Origin: Haliotis rubra
Taxonomy: Eukaryota
Assembly: GCF_003918875.1 (NCBI RefSeq)
Contig: NW_025767399.1
Span: 124,001-188,000, forward strand
Direction of reading: 5' to 3'
DNA: 64,000 bases
Positions 1 through 13,572 of this stretch are shown here, one piece after another. The translations under genes and the position numbers were made by a program. Numbering within the stretch: position 1 is the stretch's first letter; the number at the start of each line of letters is the position of its first letter. Under the pieces are notes generated by a model, which saw only the letters and a program-made list of their open reading frames with translations, searched no databases and was not told the origin of the DNA.

Positions 1-299
1 CATTTTAGGCCCATAGACAGCATCTTTAACGGTCCTATTGATTTAGTGGTGTACTGTCCATTTACCATGTTTACACAAATTCTTACAGAATTCTTACAGA
101 ATCAATAAATCAAAGCATTTGTTGAGTGCGGGAGCTGTGAATATTTTATTTTTCAGTTTTATCACCCTGTGTCAGCTTTACGTGTAAGGCCAGAAGGGAT
201 CTGATGTTGAACGTTTGACACTTCACAGGGAAACCCACGAAGCACTGGTCTTGACAAAAATGAAAACCATGACAACCAGAATTATCGGACTCTGGCAAG

Positions 300-940
300 G
301 CAAAGGGACATAACTCAGCACAGTAAATGACACAACTAAGACAAGGAATACAACTCTGGACAGTGAATGGCACAACTAAGACAAGGATACAACTCTGGAC
401 AGGAAATGGCGCCACTAAGACAAGGGACACAACTCTGGACAGGAAATGGTGCCACTAAGACAAGGGATACAACTCTGGACAGGAAATGGCACAACTAAGA
501 CAAGGGATACAACTCTGGACAGGAAATGGCGCCACTAAGACAAGGGACACAACTCTGGACAGGAAATGGCGCCACTAAGACAAGGGACACAACTCTGGAC
601 AGGAAATGGCGCCACTAAGACAAGGGACACAACTCTGGACAGGAAATGGCACAACTAAGACAGGGGATACAACTCTGGACAGGAAATGGCGCCACTAAGA
701 CAAGGGACACAACTCTGGACAGGAAATGGCGCCACTAAGACAAGGGACACAACTCTGGACAGGAAATGGCACAACTAAGACAAGGATACAACTCTGGACA
801 GGAAATGGCGCCACTAAGACAAGGGACACAACTCTGGACAGGAAATGGCACAACTAAGACAAGGGATACAACTCTGGACAGGAAATGGCACAACTAAGAC
901 AAGGGATACAACTCTGGACAGGAAATGGCACAACTAAGAC
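300..940. repeat. Intronic minisatellite, 38-39 bp unit (ACAACTCTGGACAGGAAATGGC[GCC/ACA]ACTAAGACAAGGG[AT/AC]), ~16 copies
   Basis: Directly visible tandem repeat ending ~20 bp from the NDUFS2 exon donor at 961. Confidence 0.95.
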
Positions 941-961
941 ATATTTTATTGATGAGTCTAC

Positions 962-3900
962 CTGTAGATAGGTCTTGTACTCGATCAGCTTCTCTGTTCC
1001 CCTGTGCAGCAGGCCGATGTGGGGATCTGCTCGAACCACCGTCTAAGTAAAAGAAGAAACATGCATTAGTCATCATTTTCTCTCTTCTCACTTAAATACC
1101 TCAAGTACTACTACTATACTCAGCAGTAAAAAAACGTCAGTACAAATTCAAAATTAGATAGGCACTGTAATCAAATCATTACAGCTACAGAAATAATAAG
1201 CTGATCAAAAACATTTTTTGTGTACAATATTTTGACACATCAATGAATAACTCAGCACAATTTCAAGACATTACGTGAACATTTGCAGTCCATTCAGATC
1301 CTTCAGTATCTAGTGTGACCACCACAAGCGACAATAACCACAGCACAGCGTCTATGCATGGAGTGCACCAATCGATTGATGAAGGCCATTGGCATTGGCC
1401 TGGAACCACACTCTGAGAAAGTCCTGGTGCACTAAATCATCTGTTCGGCCTTGGTACGACATTATTCAGTCTCCTCTGAAATTCATCCCAAAGATGTTAA
1501 ATTGGGTTTAAATCAGGACCAAGGGCTGGCCACTGCATAATGTTGACACCGTTCTGCTGTAGGAAGTCCTGTGTAGCTCTAGCAGTATGGGCCAGGGCGT
1601 TATCATGCTGGAACATGTTGTTCTGGTGACGTGCGAAATGTGGTATGATGTGGGGTCTGAGTGCTTGGTCGATGTAGTGCCCTCTCCCTGGACCAAGGTT
1701 CTGGAACACCACCAGACCCACTCTCTAGTTCAGGCCCATTCCACCCCATACCATGATGCTTGCACCTCCCCATGAGTCTCTTTCCATAAAACATTGGTCT
1801 GAGTAACACTGGCCACGTCATCGCCATATTCTTGTTCTGCCATCTGCAGTTGATACGCAGTACCAACTCTCATCTGTGAACAGAACAGTTCTCCATTGCC
1901 TGTATCGCCAGTTTTGGTGGTGTAGGGCAAACTGTAGACGCTCACGCCAATGACAAGGGTGTGGATAGGTCCATGGTAAGGTCTACGGCAACTGAAGTTC
2001 CCGCTGTTAAGATGTCGGCGTACTGTATCAGTACTGATTGGTCTTCCGTGTGTTCCCACTGTCTGGCATGCTGTTTCGGATGCCTGCATGAAGGGATTCT
2101 GTACATGCTGTCGCACAACATGGCGGTCTTGTCGTCTTGTGGTCACCCTTGGTCTGCCAGTACGGGGGAGACCATTTGTGGTGTTGGTGGCCCGGAAACG
2201 TTGCTGCAGCCTGTAGATGGTCCGAACGTTGACCTGTAAGTGATTCGCAACGGCTTGTGAAGTGTGGCCAGCTTCAAGTCTTCCTAGCGCCTGGTTCATC
2301 TGAGCTGTCGTGAGAAGGGGCATCCTTGTGAACAGCACGTGCAGCATGAGTTGCATGATAAACATGGAGAACACTGTACCATCTCAGAGATCAGGTTGCG
2401 TTTTTGAGACCATTTCCAGGGTTCCATTCTAAGTTTGGGAAGGAATGTCATTGCTCAGGTAAAGTTGGAGATGTTGTGAAAAATGTACAATCAAAACATT
2501 AGATGAGTTATCCCGTTTCTGCGAAGGAAAATTCCAAACTGATGTTTCTTTTGCTGCTTAGTATAGAATGTTCAACTACTGGAGGACACATATCTTTGCT
2601 TACCCACTGATACATGGAATAAAACTATCACCTTGCTCACAGACACAGACATGCACGACTATGTGATGGTTATTTACAATCTTGGAACTTGACCCATATT
2701 AACGTCTAGGGTCAACACACTGTGTGGGCCCCACATCCCCATCTACGGCCATCACAAGTCATAATACACTACGACTAGCCTCCCATTTACGGTCATCACA
2801 AGTCATAATACACCATGAGTTACTAGCCTCCCATCTACAATCATCACAAGTCATAATACACCGTGAGTTACTCACCTCCCATCTACGGTCATCAACTCGT
2901 GAAGGTCCCGGTTAGAATATTGGCCTTCAGTAACCCATGCTTGTCGTAAGAGGCAACTAACAGGATTGGGTGGTCAGGCTCGCCCCCTTGGTTGACACAT
3001 GTCATCGGTTCCCAGTTGAGCAGATCGATGCTCATGCTGTTGATCACTGGATTGTCTGGTCCAGACTCGATTATTTACAGACTGCCGCTATATAGCTGGA
3101 ATATTGCCGAGTGTGGTGTAAAACTCAACTCACTCACACTACGGTCATCACAAGTCATAACACACCATGAGTTACTCACCTCCCCATCAAGTGTCAGCAC
3201 TAGTCGTAGCACACCGTGAGCTGCTGGGTGCTGAGGTCCAAAGTTCAGTGTCAAGTTCTGTACCTGCTTCTCATGAACCTCGGATTTTTCTGCACAAATG
3301 AATGATAATCACATCTCATTAGTTGTCAGTGAGCAAAAGCTGGATAACACAAGCAGGACAAGTTACCAAAATAGAAATCCATCACTAGTGAAAGACAATC
3401 ACAGCTCTTCATTCATAACAAGAAATACCACCAGGAACCCAAGCTAGGCCTACCTACTATGTACTGGTGCCTGTTTAAAACATTTCTCACATGTCTATAT
3501 CTAATGGCAAAAAATGAATTTTTTTTACTGACAAACTTTTTCAGAAAACAAGTAAAAATCTTTGGAAGTTGTCAATGACTTAACACAACATGATTTAGGG
3601 ACCATTACACAAAAAGTTTCTGGTCCACCATCATGGGAATAAAATATTCCAGAAGATCATTAATTAAACTCTCATGATATATGAATCAGTAGTTGCTAGC
3701 CCACAATAATCAACAGTGTTTCATTCAGTTCTTTACATTTTCACAACCAAATGAAATCAAGATTCTGATATCATGCATAATATTTGAATAACTTGGCAGT
3801 GCTCGGATATTTTGCACTTTCATTCAGCAATAAATGAACTCAACATACCATTTACAGCTGGGAGTTTCCAGTTGGAGGTGAGGCTGTCAGGATACATGCA

Positions 3901-6896
3901 AGGGCTGTTGAACTGGTCGAAGTAATCTTTGTCAGGTATCCATGTCTTGGCTCCTTTGCTAAGAAACAGAAAACATACATACAATGACCTGCCCCATGAC
4001 AGCAGCTAATTCTCAAACTGGAATTTTGAGAGATCCATTCACCTCTTCACATTAACATCATATACTTGTCATTGTAATTGAATTCCTATATCAAGATATA
4101 TTATATATTATTCTATTAATCTAGATTTGCTTATGTAAAACATTCCACAGAATACTGTTGACGATGTAATATAGTGATGGTGGTTAGATGATTTCTAGTG
4201 ATCATCAGTTGAAAACTTTACACAGAACAGAAGTGGTTTGGAACTTGTTTACTTCATGTAAACAATGTCCATAAAAACAGTGAACATTTAATGGACAAGT
4301 GATGATATACATTATGAATGTTATTCATACAGTAACGATAATGACAAAAGAAACCACAATTGCTGTAAAAAAATGTATATAGACAGATATTTTAATGTCA
4401 TCACACCATGTCCATTATTTATTATATCCTGTGATGATACCCTTGATAACTGAATCTCTATACTTAAAATCTGAAGTTTTCCCTCTCCAACACTCAAAGT
4501 TGCAAGTGAAAATACAGAATAGAATTTTTTTTAAATTACATATAGTTCATTTTCAGAAAGGGTAATAGAATTGTAAATTAAGTTGATAGTACGTCATTAA
4601 ATATGATTTTGGGGTGGTGGTAAATATTTGAGTGCTCATGACTTATTAAAATAAATAATCATTGGTAAGATAGTGCTTGTGGTCCTGTTGTAGCATGTTG
4701 ATTAGATACAAGATGGCAACCAGAGTTCAGTCTTTATTGTGCTAATCTAAATCCAAACCAAAGCCCCCAGTAAAGTGCAACACTGTGTTCTATACTGAAC
4801 TGCAGAAGAAACATCATCCTTTAAAAACCAAAAGCAAAATTTTGTTCTTACAAGATGGTGTTTTTATCATGATTGTACCGTTTTGTTAACATGGTTTTCA
4901 ATCCAAATTGACAGTTCTTGCCAACATCAGTGTGTTTTCTGATGAAAATGCATACCTGAAAAGGCAGACGTGGTAAAAGGTTCCATGTGACATATGAGAA
5001 AATGATAATGCATGTGCGTATTGTGACAACCCCACCAATGAAAGCGAGTCCCAAACTCGCCTGAAATTATTCTTGTTTTGACACAATCACCATGCCACAA
5101 CTTAAGAGAAATCAGAGGAACCAACCCTTGGGACAACTGCAAGTTGGCCATACTGCATGGAGGGTAGCCAATCATGTTAATGTTCATGTTAGGACAATCT
5201 ACCGACTGCAGGAGTGGTATCAGGTCACTAACAGCATCCAAGACCATCCACACAGTGGACGACCTTCAGCAACATCACAACGTCAAGAGCGACAGATCTA
5301 GACTGTGCGCCACCATCTGCAAGATCACATCACCAGAGTGACGGAAATGACACGCCAGACCATTGGGACTCACAACAGACCCATTAATGCTGATATAGTG
5401 CCTCGACTTTTGCACGGAAGAAATCTCTGCTGTCACAAGCCATACCGTGGTCCTATCCTCACCAATCGTCAATGCCAAAACCGACTGCAATGGGCAATTG
5501 AGAACTGTACTTTTTATCTGATGAAAGCTGATATTGTGTTTGACAGCCCATGGCAGGGTGAGAGTATGGCGAAGGCATGGGGAATGGTTTTCCAATTAGT
5601 GTGAAAGAGACTCGTGGGGTGGTCCATGCATCATGGTGTGGGTGCAATTGGTCTGAACCAGAGTTGTCCCCATAGTGTTCCAGAATCTCGATCCAGAAGG
5701 AGGAAACGACATGACAGCTGTTCGCTGTATTGACCAAAACATAAGACCCCATATTGTACCACATGTTGGACGTTTCCAATGGCACACTTGTTCCAGTCAC
5801 ACAGACATTGAACACTCGCTTAACCTTGATTCGTGGATATAAGGGAAGTGCGGCAAAAATCATATTTTAAATGCAAGATTTCATTTTGTATACCCACTGA
5901 TTATTTTATTCATTGATTCAGCTAATTGAAAATGCCTAATATTCCACTCGTGAATGAAACATTTGTTTACCGAAGTCATTTACAATCATCACCAATTTGT
6001 GTGCGCACTAAGTCGGTTACAATATATCACTATGTACGACAACCAATGGCAGTTAATACTGACACCTAGGAAAGCAGGCGTGAGATGTGAGAAGGGCGTT
6101 GCTAACGGTATCTTTTTTTACTTAACATTTTGTAAAAATCAAATTTGGTATTAGTGGCATTAGTGTTTTGGGACAATTCGATTTAGTGTATATACATGTA
6201 ATGCAGAGATTTGGAACATTTTTGTCAGCGAGGCGTGGCAGTGTGTGTACATAAAAGTACCGTTTCAGGACGTCATACAAGGCTTAATTTACAAAACAGC
6301 ATGATAATTACAGCGATCCACGAATCAAGCGGTTCTGTAAATACTTGGATGATCGCTTGTTTTAGTTTTCTTTCAAAAGATAGTGAGACGTTTTACAGTT
6401 GTTCTTGTGACAAGCAAGAAAACGACAAGCAACAAATAAACTATCCGCTTTTGGAGGAGGTATATTTGCGGAAATCTGTCCTGGATTTAATTTAATTTAA
6501 TGTAACCAATGTGAGTATCATCTGGTTATGTAAAAAGGGAAGAGCACACCGAGTTGCAGCTCTGACGACCATTAATCATACTGATGGAATTCCCAAAAAT
6601 GATGATCCACCTCACTGTGATAAAATACGTAAACAACTGTCGTAAGCTTTGGCCAGTATTCAGTAACGTGCATGGAAATACGCATATTGGAAAACGATGA
6701 ACTTGAAGTTTCATAAAAGGTCAAACGTTGCCCAGGGAGAAAGTCAGCTGTATATTTTTTACACATGTGTATTGTTGTTGCATGCATGGGTTTACCTTGC
6801 GAAATAGAGAGGTGCTCCATTTCGGAAAGCTGTTTTTTGCAAAAGCGACGCGGCTTTAGGTCCAGCTTTTCGTAGCAATATCCCCAAAGCTGCCAT
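962..6896 (-). CDS. NDUFS2: NADH:ubiquinone oxidoreductase core subunit S2 (49 kDa), 5' part. Coding exons 6896-6796, 3958-3849, 3289-3180, 1042-962; gene continues beyond the left edge
   Basis: Joined translation [50 protein letters not shown]...[63 protein letters not shown] contains the hallmark [14 protein letters not shown] and [14 protein letters not shown] motifs. All introns are GT-AG with compatible phases (2,1,0). The basic N-terminus resembles a mitochondrial presequence. Confidence 0.96.
1117..2563 (-). mobile_element. Tc1-like DNA transposon, decayed transposase, in NDUFS2 intron
   Basis: TIRs TACTCAGCAGTAAAAAAACGTCAG / CTGATGTTTCTTTTGCTGCTTAGTA flanked by TA. Fragments include the [19 protein letters not shown] and [11 protein letters not shown]; frameshifted. 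Confidence 0.93.
2738..3187. repeat. ~48 bp tandem repeat (about 4 units) derived from the NDUFS2 exon/intron junction, interrupted by a SINE
   Basis: Unit CCCATCTACGGTCATCACAAGTCATAATACACCATGAGTTACTCACCT. The last unit contains the real donor at 3178-3179. Confidence 0.8.
2895..3138 (+). mobile_element. SINE family A (no tRNA head; GTCGTAAGAGGCGAC motif; (ACTC)n tail)
   Basis: 12-bp TSD CTACGGTCATCA (2883-2894 / 3139-3150). About 10 related copies in the window. Confidence 0.85.
4793..5815 (+). mobile_element. Tc1-like transposon, 3'-truncated and decayed
   Basis: TA + TACTGAACTGCAGAAGAAAC TIR-like start. Fragments [19 protein letters not shown]...[10 protein letters not shown] and KPYRGPILT, similar to element 1117-2563. 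Confidence 0.85.
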
Positions 6897-6950
6897 CTTG
6901 GAGCCTTGACGCCAAATCGTTCAGGAAGCGGAAATAAGTTAGGTCCCCTT
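6889..6950 (-). promoter_or_regulatory. NDUFS2 proximal promoter: YY1-type motif over the start codon, ETS-type GGAA sites
   Basis: CAAGATGGCAGC on the minus strand overlapping the ATG; CAGGAAGCGGAAAT just upstream. Motif match only. Confidence 0.45.
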
Positions 6951-7075
6951 GATTTGTCTACGCTTCAATTTTTGTCCCTGAGTGTATATTCGTAAATATC
7001 AATGGAGCGAATTATTTTGGGGTGGGGTGGGTGGGTATATATTTTGGAAAATTAATTATCTACGTAACTATTTCA

Positions 7076-7250
7076 GGGTGGTCAGGCTCGCTGACTTGGT
7101 TGACACATGTCATCGGTTCCCAATTGCGCAGATCGATGCTCATGCTGTTGATGACTGGATTGTCTGGTCCAGATTCGATTATTCACAGACCGCCGCCATA
7201 TAGCTGGACTATTGCTGAGTGTGGCGTAAAACTAAATTCACTCACTCGCT
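7076..7250 (+). mobile_element. SINE family A, 5'-truncated
   Basis: GGGTGGTCAGGCTCGCTGACTTGGTTGACACATGTCATC...GGCGTAAAACTAAATTCACTCACTC matches 2895-3138. Confidence 0.85.
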
Positions 7251-7480
7251 CACCGATTATGGATATCAGTTTTGGCGTATGACCTGAAACGAAATAGACG
7301 TAGGCCTATTTAAGTTATCGCTATATTGACTTCATAATCATAATTAACTTGGATGTGATTCCAAAGCATTTGATTGGCTGACGAAGAAATATTTTTATGC
7401 ATTTGTCAAGACAAGAATATGTGGACAACATTGCGAAATATATTATATTGTTCAATAGCGCAAAGTTATGTCCGAGCTTG

Positions 7481-7635
7481 ACTCCATGCTCTAGGGTTTG
7501 GAGTGTTAATGCTCTTACGTGTATATTGGTTTCTACAGCTCATGTGCCATAGTTACGATGACGAGTTCCCTGAAGGCATTGGCATGGTACAGGCGCCACC
7601 TTACTGCAACACAATCTTGACATATTGACGAAGCA
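7481..7635 (+). pseudogene. Fuseless-like exon 2 3' fragment
   Basis: Aligns by eye to 11838-11990 (LHALGFG..MLLRV...PEGIGMVQAPPYCNTIL); no upstream exon present. Confidence 0.8.
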
Positions 7636-10055
7636 CAAGAGAAACGTCTGTAAAATGTTCTTTACTCACCTCCAGGATTATTATTGAGATTTTCTTTTAT
7701 TGTTTCCGTATTCCTTAAAAAAATAAGTTTGTAAAGGTTATGCAGCAAGAGAGCGGTTTACTGACCCGCTGAACAGATCCATTATGCATGCAATTTGATA
7801 CAAAAGTACTCACTGTGCAAAGACATGCAAATTGTAGTGTGCATGAGTAACCAACAAATAAACCAGTTCATCACCAATATTAACACGGGATCCTACACCT
7901 GCTGCCTGATTTGTAGTAATACCGCCATGGATATAGAAAACGTAACTCGACGAATCAAACATCGTAAATGAGCAAATGAATTTGGTTTGAGATGTTTTCA
8001 GTTACATCAGTTATATCATAGCACCCCTGCTAATGAATCGTGTCACGTGCTCCTATTTAGACTAACGCTTAGTCTCTGAAGATATATATATAATTTTGAT
8101 TGTAACAAATAACCCATTTAAATTGAAAAGGAGCCCAAGGGAGACAAGAGAACCTGGGGATATCTAAACTCGCTTCATGTAGGCCTTTAGCATTGCAGGG
8201 AGGGCTTGGCTGTAGATGAAATAATATGGTTCAGGGACTGTGAGACAGACCATCTCTTATTGTACAGCGAATTGTGGCTTCTTAGATGACTAGGATTGAA
8301 GTGCCAGTTGGCATGGTAAGAATAGGGTTGCCACCAATACGACCTCTTGATTCAGTCACATATATCTGGCACCAGTAGATATTGCATTATTTCAGAGTTG
8401 AAGGGAATTGCTCCTACGAGTGGTTCACAATTCCGTCCCATTTGCATAACAAACTACTAGCAAAGTCGGACAGCGTTCTTGACGATATGGGCATGTACAT
8501 TTAGGCGATATTTTGATGACTTTGATTTCTTAAATTATATTTGATTTAATCATTAGGCCGCTGCTGAAAAGCCTTCAACTACAAATCGGTCAGAACATCA
8601 GGTCACTGCAAGAAAGGTGTTCAACTGCATTAGGTTCGAATATCAGACCACTGCAAGAAGAGTTAGGTAAACATACTTAATAGTTCGTCGCACGTATGCT
8701 AACATATCTGACTGTTATCTGGCAATAGGCTGATACTTCTGCTGATAATCTGGAACACTGGCGTGTGTCAGCCATCCCAGTGCTGTCATCTAGACAGGTC
8801 GGTAAGCCAGAACATCACCTGCTTCCCTGCTATGTGATAAGCGTCGTAAGTATTCTATATCTCTAAAACTATGAAAATAATGTTATTATAGTTTATTATC
8901 TCTCTGTGAGTTTATTGATTGTTATGAAATATTTGAAGAGTAATTACTATATCAATCGTCATATATAAAAGTGAATTGCCTGGAGTGTTCAAGTGAACTA
9001 ATAACCTATGAGGGGCCTGCTGAAACTGTGTTTTTGAGGCATGTAAGATCAGACCATGCGTCTGGTTGTTCGTGCATAAATGCGTGTTTGTTTCATGTGT
9101 GCAGTTAAACATGGTCTTTAAGGAGTTCTCCCATGAGACACACTAAAGATATTCTTTCACTTGAATGAAAAATCAATTATTTATCTTTTTCAGATACAGT
9201 ATTTTGTCACGAAAGTATGTCATCTTCTAATAACACATTGCGGCAAAGCTTCATATGAATGATGAAAGATAAACTCCGGACAGCAGAAACAGTGAGTCAC
9301 TGAACTAGTGTGGGCAGTCACATCTACTCCTATCTGCTGATAAACTGACAACAAGAGATAAAGATCATCTCAATAAGTTCTCCCCCGTGTCATCGTCCGG
9401 TCCATGAACCTGTACATAAGATGCCAATCATTTTAGAGACGAGAATATTTGTATTGTATCATTCGTTGCGCATATGTATGAATAGCAGCAGTTTTTAGTA
9501 TGATTTTATGTATGATTTCGATTTATTTCGTTAAGCTCCTTAGGCGTTTTGCCGCATTAGGTAACATGGGCTTATTCATAAATGAACTAAAAGTAGTTCG
9601 AGGACAATGCTGAATGAGAAACAAGACGATTGTTTTATGTTTAAAAAGAGGCCCAATCTGTTGTTAAAATTACCCAGTTCATGTTGAAACATTGTATCAG
9701 AATGTCCTCCTGTCCAGCTTGAATGCCAAGCAGACGACAGCTGTGATTAGTGCAAGTAACGCATATATGAATATCAACAAAGGAAAGCGGCAATAACAGC
9801 TACATTAGATATCCAATAATATCATCAATACACTGTCGGAACTGTGTACATCAATATGTTACATATCCGTATAATACAACAATTTATTGATGCTTAACTT
9901 CGTTGTGTCGAGATTTGGATTGCACTCTGCAACTGTATCAAGTATGGAAGTCGTGTACGACGATCTGATGTTGACAACACCGTGTTGGAGGAATACAGAA
10001 CAACAACCTGATTAGACCTATTGTAGGAAACAGTCTTTATAAAACAGTATTCAAT

Positions 10056-13000
10056 ATGGTGTCCACCGTTATAGAACACATTGTGGATGCGTTGTTCGTG
10101 GTATTCATCTTCAGCCCATTGGTTGTATGTTACTGGAATAGTACCTGGAACCTCATTGGACTATATCTGTTGCCAAGCAACAAGATAGCGTCCGGATGGA
10201 TATCGGTGGCAATAAGCATTGTGTTGATGGTGGCGTCATTTTTCACACAGGACGTTTTGAACAAGTATGTCAAGAAAGAAAAGTACGTGTCCTTTTACCT
10301 GGTGTCACGCCTCTTTACCTACGTCATGTCATTTAGCCAGGTGAGCAACTGGCGAGGGATATGGGAACTTCTCAACCTGTACATCGGCATAACAATACCT
10401 GGCTCACTGACAATTCTAGGTATCGGTACTGTAGGTCTGATTGCCCTTCGTTCGTACAGGAACGTTTTGACGCCACCAGGAGCTTGGGTTCTTGACGTTG
10501 ACACCGACAACCATTTCACCATCATTCATCTGTTCGGGACAAAGGTAAGACGATACAAACTAAGTTCATAGACGGTACGGCAAAGCTAAGGAACTGGTAT
10601 ACGTTTTTTCAGTACATGTTCATTTGTTTCTATTGTGTTACAATGTGTGCAATGTCTTTTGAAGGTAATCTGATGTATCTAAGTTGGTGAGTGAGTATTT
10701 AGCAATATTCCAGCAATATCAGACCGCCTCCGCGGTGTAGTGGTTAGAGCGTCCGCCCGGAGAGAGGAAGGTCGTGGGTTGATCCCTGCCTGGCGCTCGG
10801 CATTAATGGGTACAACAAGGACTGGTCGGCTCGGAGTCAGTATACTGTGTCTGAGTGGGGTATTCATGCTTAACAGTGGCATGGTATCTCAGTGAGCTAG
10901 CACTATAAAACCAGCTTAAGTCTGGGCTAGTACAAGCAGCCGCACATACACATACACACGCATGCACGTCGTCATATGAGCGAAATATTCTCAAGCACGA
11001 CGTTAAACCCAATTTCACATCACCTCACCTCCAGCAATATCATGACGGGGGACACCAGAAATGGGGCTCCATACGTTGCACCTATGTATCATGTGCGAAC
11101 GCTTTAACCACTATGCTACCGAACCGCCACTGTATTTCAAAAGACGGTGATTGCAAATAGTACCCTCTGTACATCTCACTGAAAGAATATAACCGATGTT
11201 CAAATTCGGTCAATTCTCTCTACATATCGGCATGAAACAATGCAGATTTACCCCTTTCATCGTTGATGCGGAGGTGTTAAAATGTCGGAATGCCGTGAAA
11301 CAACATATGATTCATACAAGCAAAAATGACATTTCTGCACAATAATTTAAAGGTTTCTTTGTATGTACCTCCAGTTGAACAATTTGTTGAGCCATTTAAA
11401 TATAATTTCGTTCAATTTGAAGATATCTTAATTAACATGAGCATAAACAAGTAATCCATTCCCTCTTCCAGAAGGGCAGCGTCCTGTATGTCATTGACGT
11501 CCTCTTCGGTGTGGTTGTGGTGTCGACGCTGGTGGTGCTGGTCTGGCGGGGTCAGTGGATGGTTCTCCAACTCTCCATTTCACCCAACAACGACCTCTGG
11601 CGGGGAATCATCGTCTTCAGTGTCGGTAACGTGCTGGTAGTTACACTGATCGTCACACAGTTTCCCGCCAGAAAGCTTGCCGGGCATCTACACACGACAC
11701 ATCCACTCCTTCAGATAGTGTTCGAGGACGCCTGTGTTTTGCTGGTGTGCTTCAGTGCTGTGTGTTACTGGCACGGGCTGTGGGCTTTGCTGGACGTGAT
11801 GGTCATCGGGTATGATCCCAACTTGACACAGTGGTTACTCCATGCTCTAGGGTTTGGAGGGTTAATGCTGTTACGTGTATGTAGGTCTCTACAGTTCATG
11901 GGCTACAATTTCGATGGCGAGTACCCTGAAGGTATTGGTCTGGTACAGACGCCATCTTACTGCAACACAATCTTGGCATCGCTGTGTAGAAGAGAGGTGA
12001 GTATATAAGATGACTGTAGCCTGCCTAAAGGGATCTGCCTCATCTCATTGAAAACATGATGCCAAATCGTTAATTAAATACACGGTATACTTTGCGAGAA
12101 AGAGGATGGTAAAATATGAAAAGTTTGAAGCTGATTGATCTGCTACAGTGAAACGTAAGAATACATTCTACTCAACACAGAGCAAACATGTCCGGACGTA
12201 ACAAGCGTGCTAAAATATAACGTTACATACATTTAAGCCTACGTCGACCCTTAAAATTATTGCCCTTCCCCCATCACGTGTCTGCTTCACAACCCTTCTC
12301 CGCATCAATTCAAGTTATACACCCCGAAACGCCCTGATTGACAGAAACCATACCTAATTGTCAGAAACTCCCTCCCAATATCGTGCAATGTACTGTGTCA
12401 TGACGCTTCGTCAGACATGACAGAAAGTGTCCCAAAATACAAGTTACAAACTTTTGGCGGCAGATCTTTCAGCGTTTACTCAGCTTCCCTCTGGAACTCA
12501 CTACCTCTCCATGTCAAGTCATCTCCTTCCATCTCCATCTTTAAATCAAGACTCAAAACATTCTTGTTCAACCACAACTAAATCTTATAAAACTTCTTCC
12601 TGTATATAGTGTACATTTTTACTGTTGCGCAAAGAGCATGCCCTTGAGGTGTGGAGTTACTACTGCGCTCTACAAATGGCCATATTATTAAAGTGAGCAA
12701 GTAGCTGTAGAAAAAAGCAGAATGTTTGGTAGGCCTACTGAGGGGTTCATGTCTGTCCTTTCTATCATAAAGTTCAGCTGGACCGAAGACACAAGAAGCG
12801 TCACAATCCAGTTATTTGTATTTAACCTTCCCTGAACAATGTTCTCTTACATCCCCTTCCTTCACATTCCCACCCCTAAATCCATATTACTGTGTAGGTT
12901 CTATTTCTAAAACAAATTGTCAGATAATCTCATAGGCGGATCTTTGTGCTGAAAGTTTGTGTGAAATGAAGTGTGCACCCCCTCCTTTTCTCAATAGTGT

Positions 13001-13492
13001 GCACACCCCCACCCCCTCTCAAAAAGCTGTATCCGCCCCTGAATCACAGTAAGAGAATGACCGAATGGCCACTGAAGCATGACTTTGTCTGCTGACCAGA
13101 TGTCTGTCGTACAGTTGACAGGTGACAGTCTGACCTGGATACAACTCTTAGGGATAAATAACGAATGCTTTGGCTTAGTCGCGATTTGACCCTTAGCTGG
13201 TCAGCTGACGCCAACTATAGCCATTGCTATGATACATATCGAATCACCACCCAGTGGACCTACTGATTGACCTTTGTATTTGGAGAAACAGTTACCCCAA
13301 ACCAAACAATGCGGGATACGTATATGCCTGTATATCTCAAATGAAGTGGTGATTTCACAGGTGCAATGTTAATTTTGTTGAAGTGAGTACAGTTGTTGAG
13401 CCCCGTTCATTTGATTGTTTCAGGCATTGAGTCAGGCCATACACAAGACAGCGACTACCGAGACCACGTTCTCACTTCCGGACAGCGAGTGA
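10056..13492 (+). CDS. Fuseless-like multi-pass membrane protein, copy 1. Exons 10056-10544 and 11472-11996, probable last exon 13424-13492 (alternatively read-through stop at 12008)
   Basis: Internally duplicated TM halves with D.LF..FIFSPLVVCYW...W.L...Y, SRLFTYV...V.NWRG.W.L and DVLFGV.VV.TLVV.VWRG.W motifs characteristic of the Fuseless family. Phase-0 GT-AG introns. Exon 3 (ALSQAIHKTATTETTFSLPDSE*) is inferred from the acceptor and frame only. Confidence 0.82.
10687..11130 (-). mobile_element. tRNA-derived SINE family B, interrupted by SINE family C
   Basis: The halves match family B copies such as 25737-25906. Confidence 0.75.
10722..11029 (+). mobile_element. tRNA-headed SINE family C (MetaSINE-like body)
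   Basis: A-box GGTGTAGTGGTTAGAGC and B-box-like GGGTTGATCCC; 13-bp TSD TCCAGCAATATCA (10709-10721 / 11030-11042). MetaSINE resemblance is from memory of molluscan SINE bodies. Confidence 0.75.
12430..12689 (+). mobile_element. L2/CR1-group LINE 3' end
   Basis: Frame VPKYKLQTFGGRSFSVYSASLWNSLPLHVKSSPSISIFKSRLKTFLF*, then a GCGC..GCGC stem-loop and (ATT)n tail; TSD AAAGTG. Confidence 0.85.
12932..13041 (-). mobile_element. MITE with AGGGGCGGATAC / GATCCGCCTAT ends (PIF/Harbinger-like)
   Basis: Related copies at ~22604, 33743-33900 and partial ones at ~43200 and ~44050. Confidence 0.6.
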
Positions 13493-13572
13493 CGACTAGA
13501 GGACACACATGCCATTCTGTATTATTTCCGCTGAGTGATTGGGTACGAAAAACAATGTGTAGATCATGTAGA

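Noticed and set aside
146-430. 94-aa ORF
   Set aside because: Derived from the intronic minisatellite.
2992-3219. Recurring [17 protein letters not shown] ORFs (also 7022, 32165, 57100)
   Set aside because: Translations of SINE family A.
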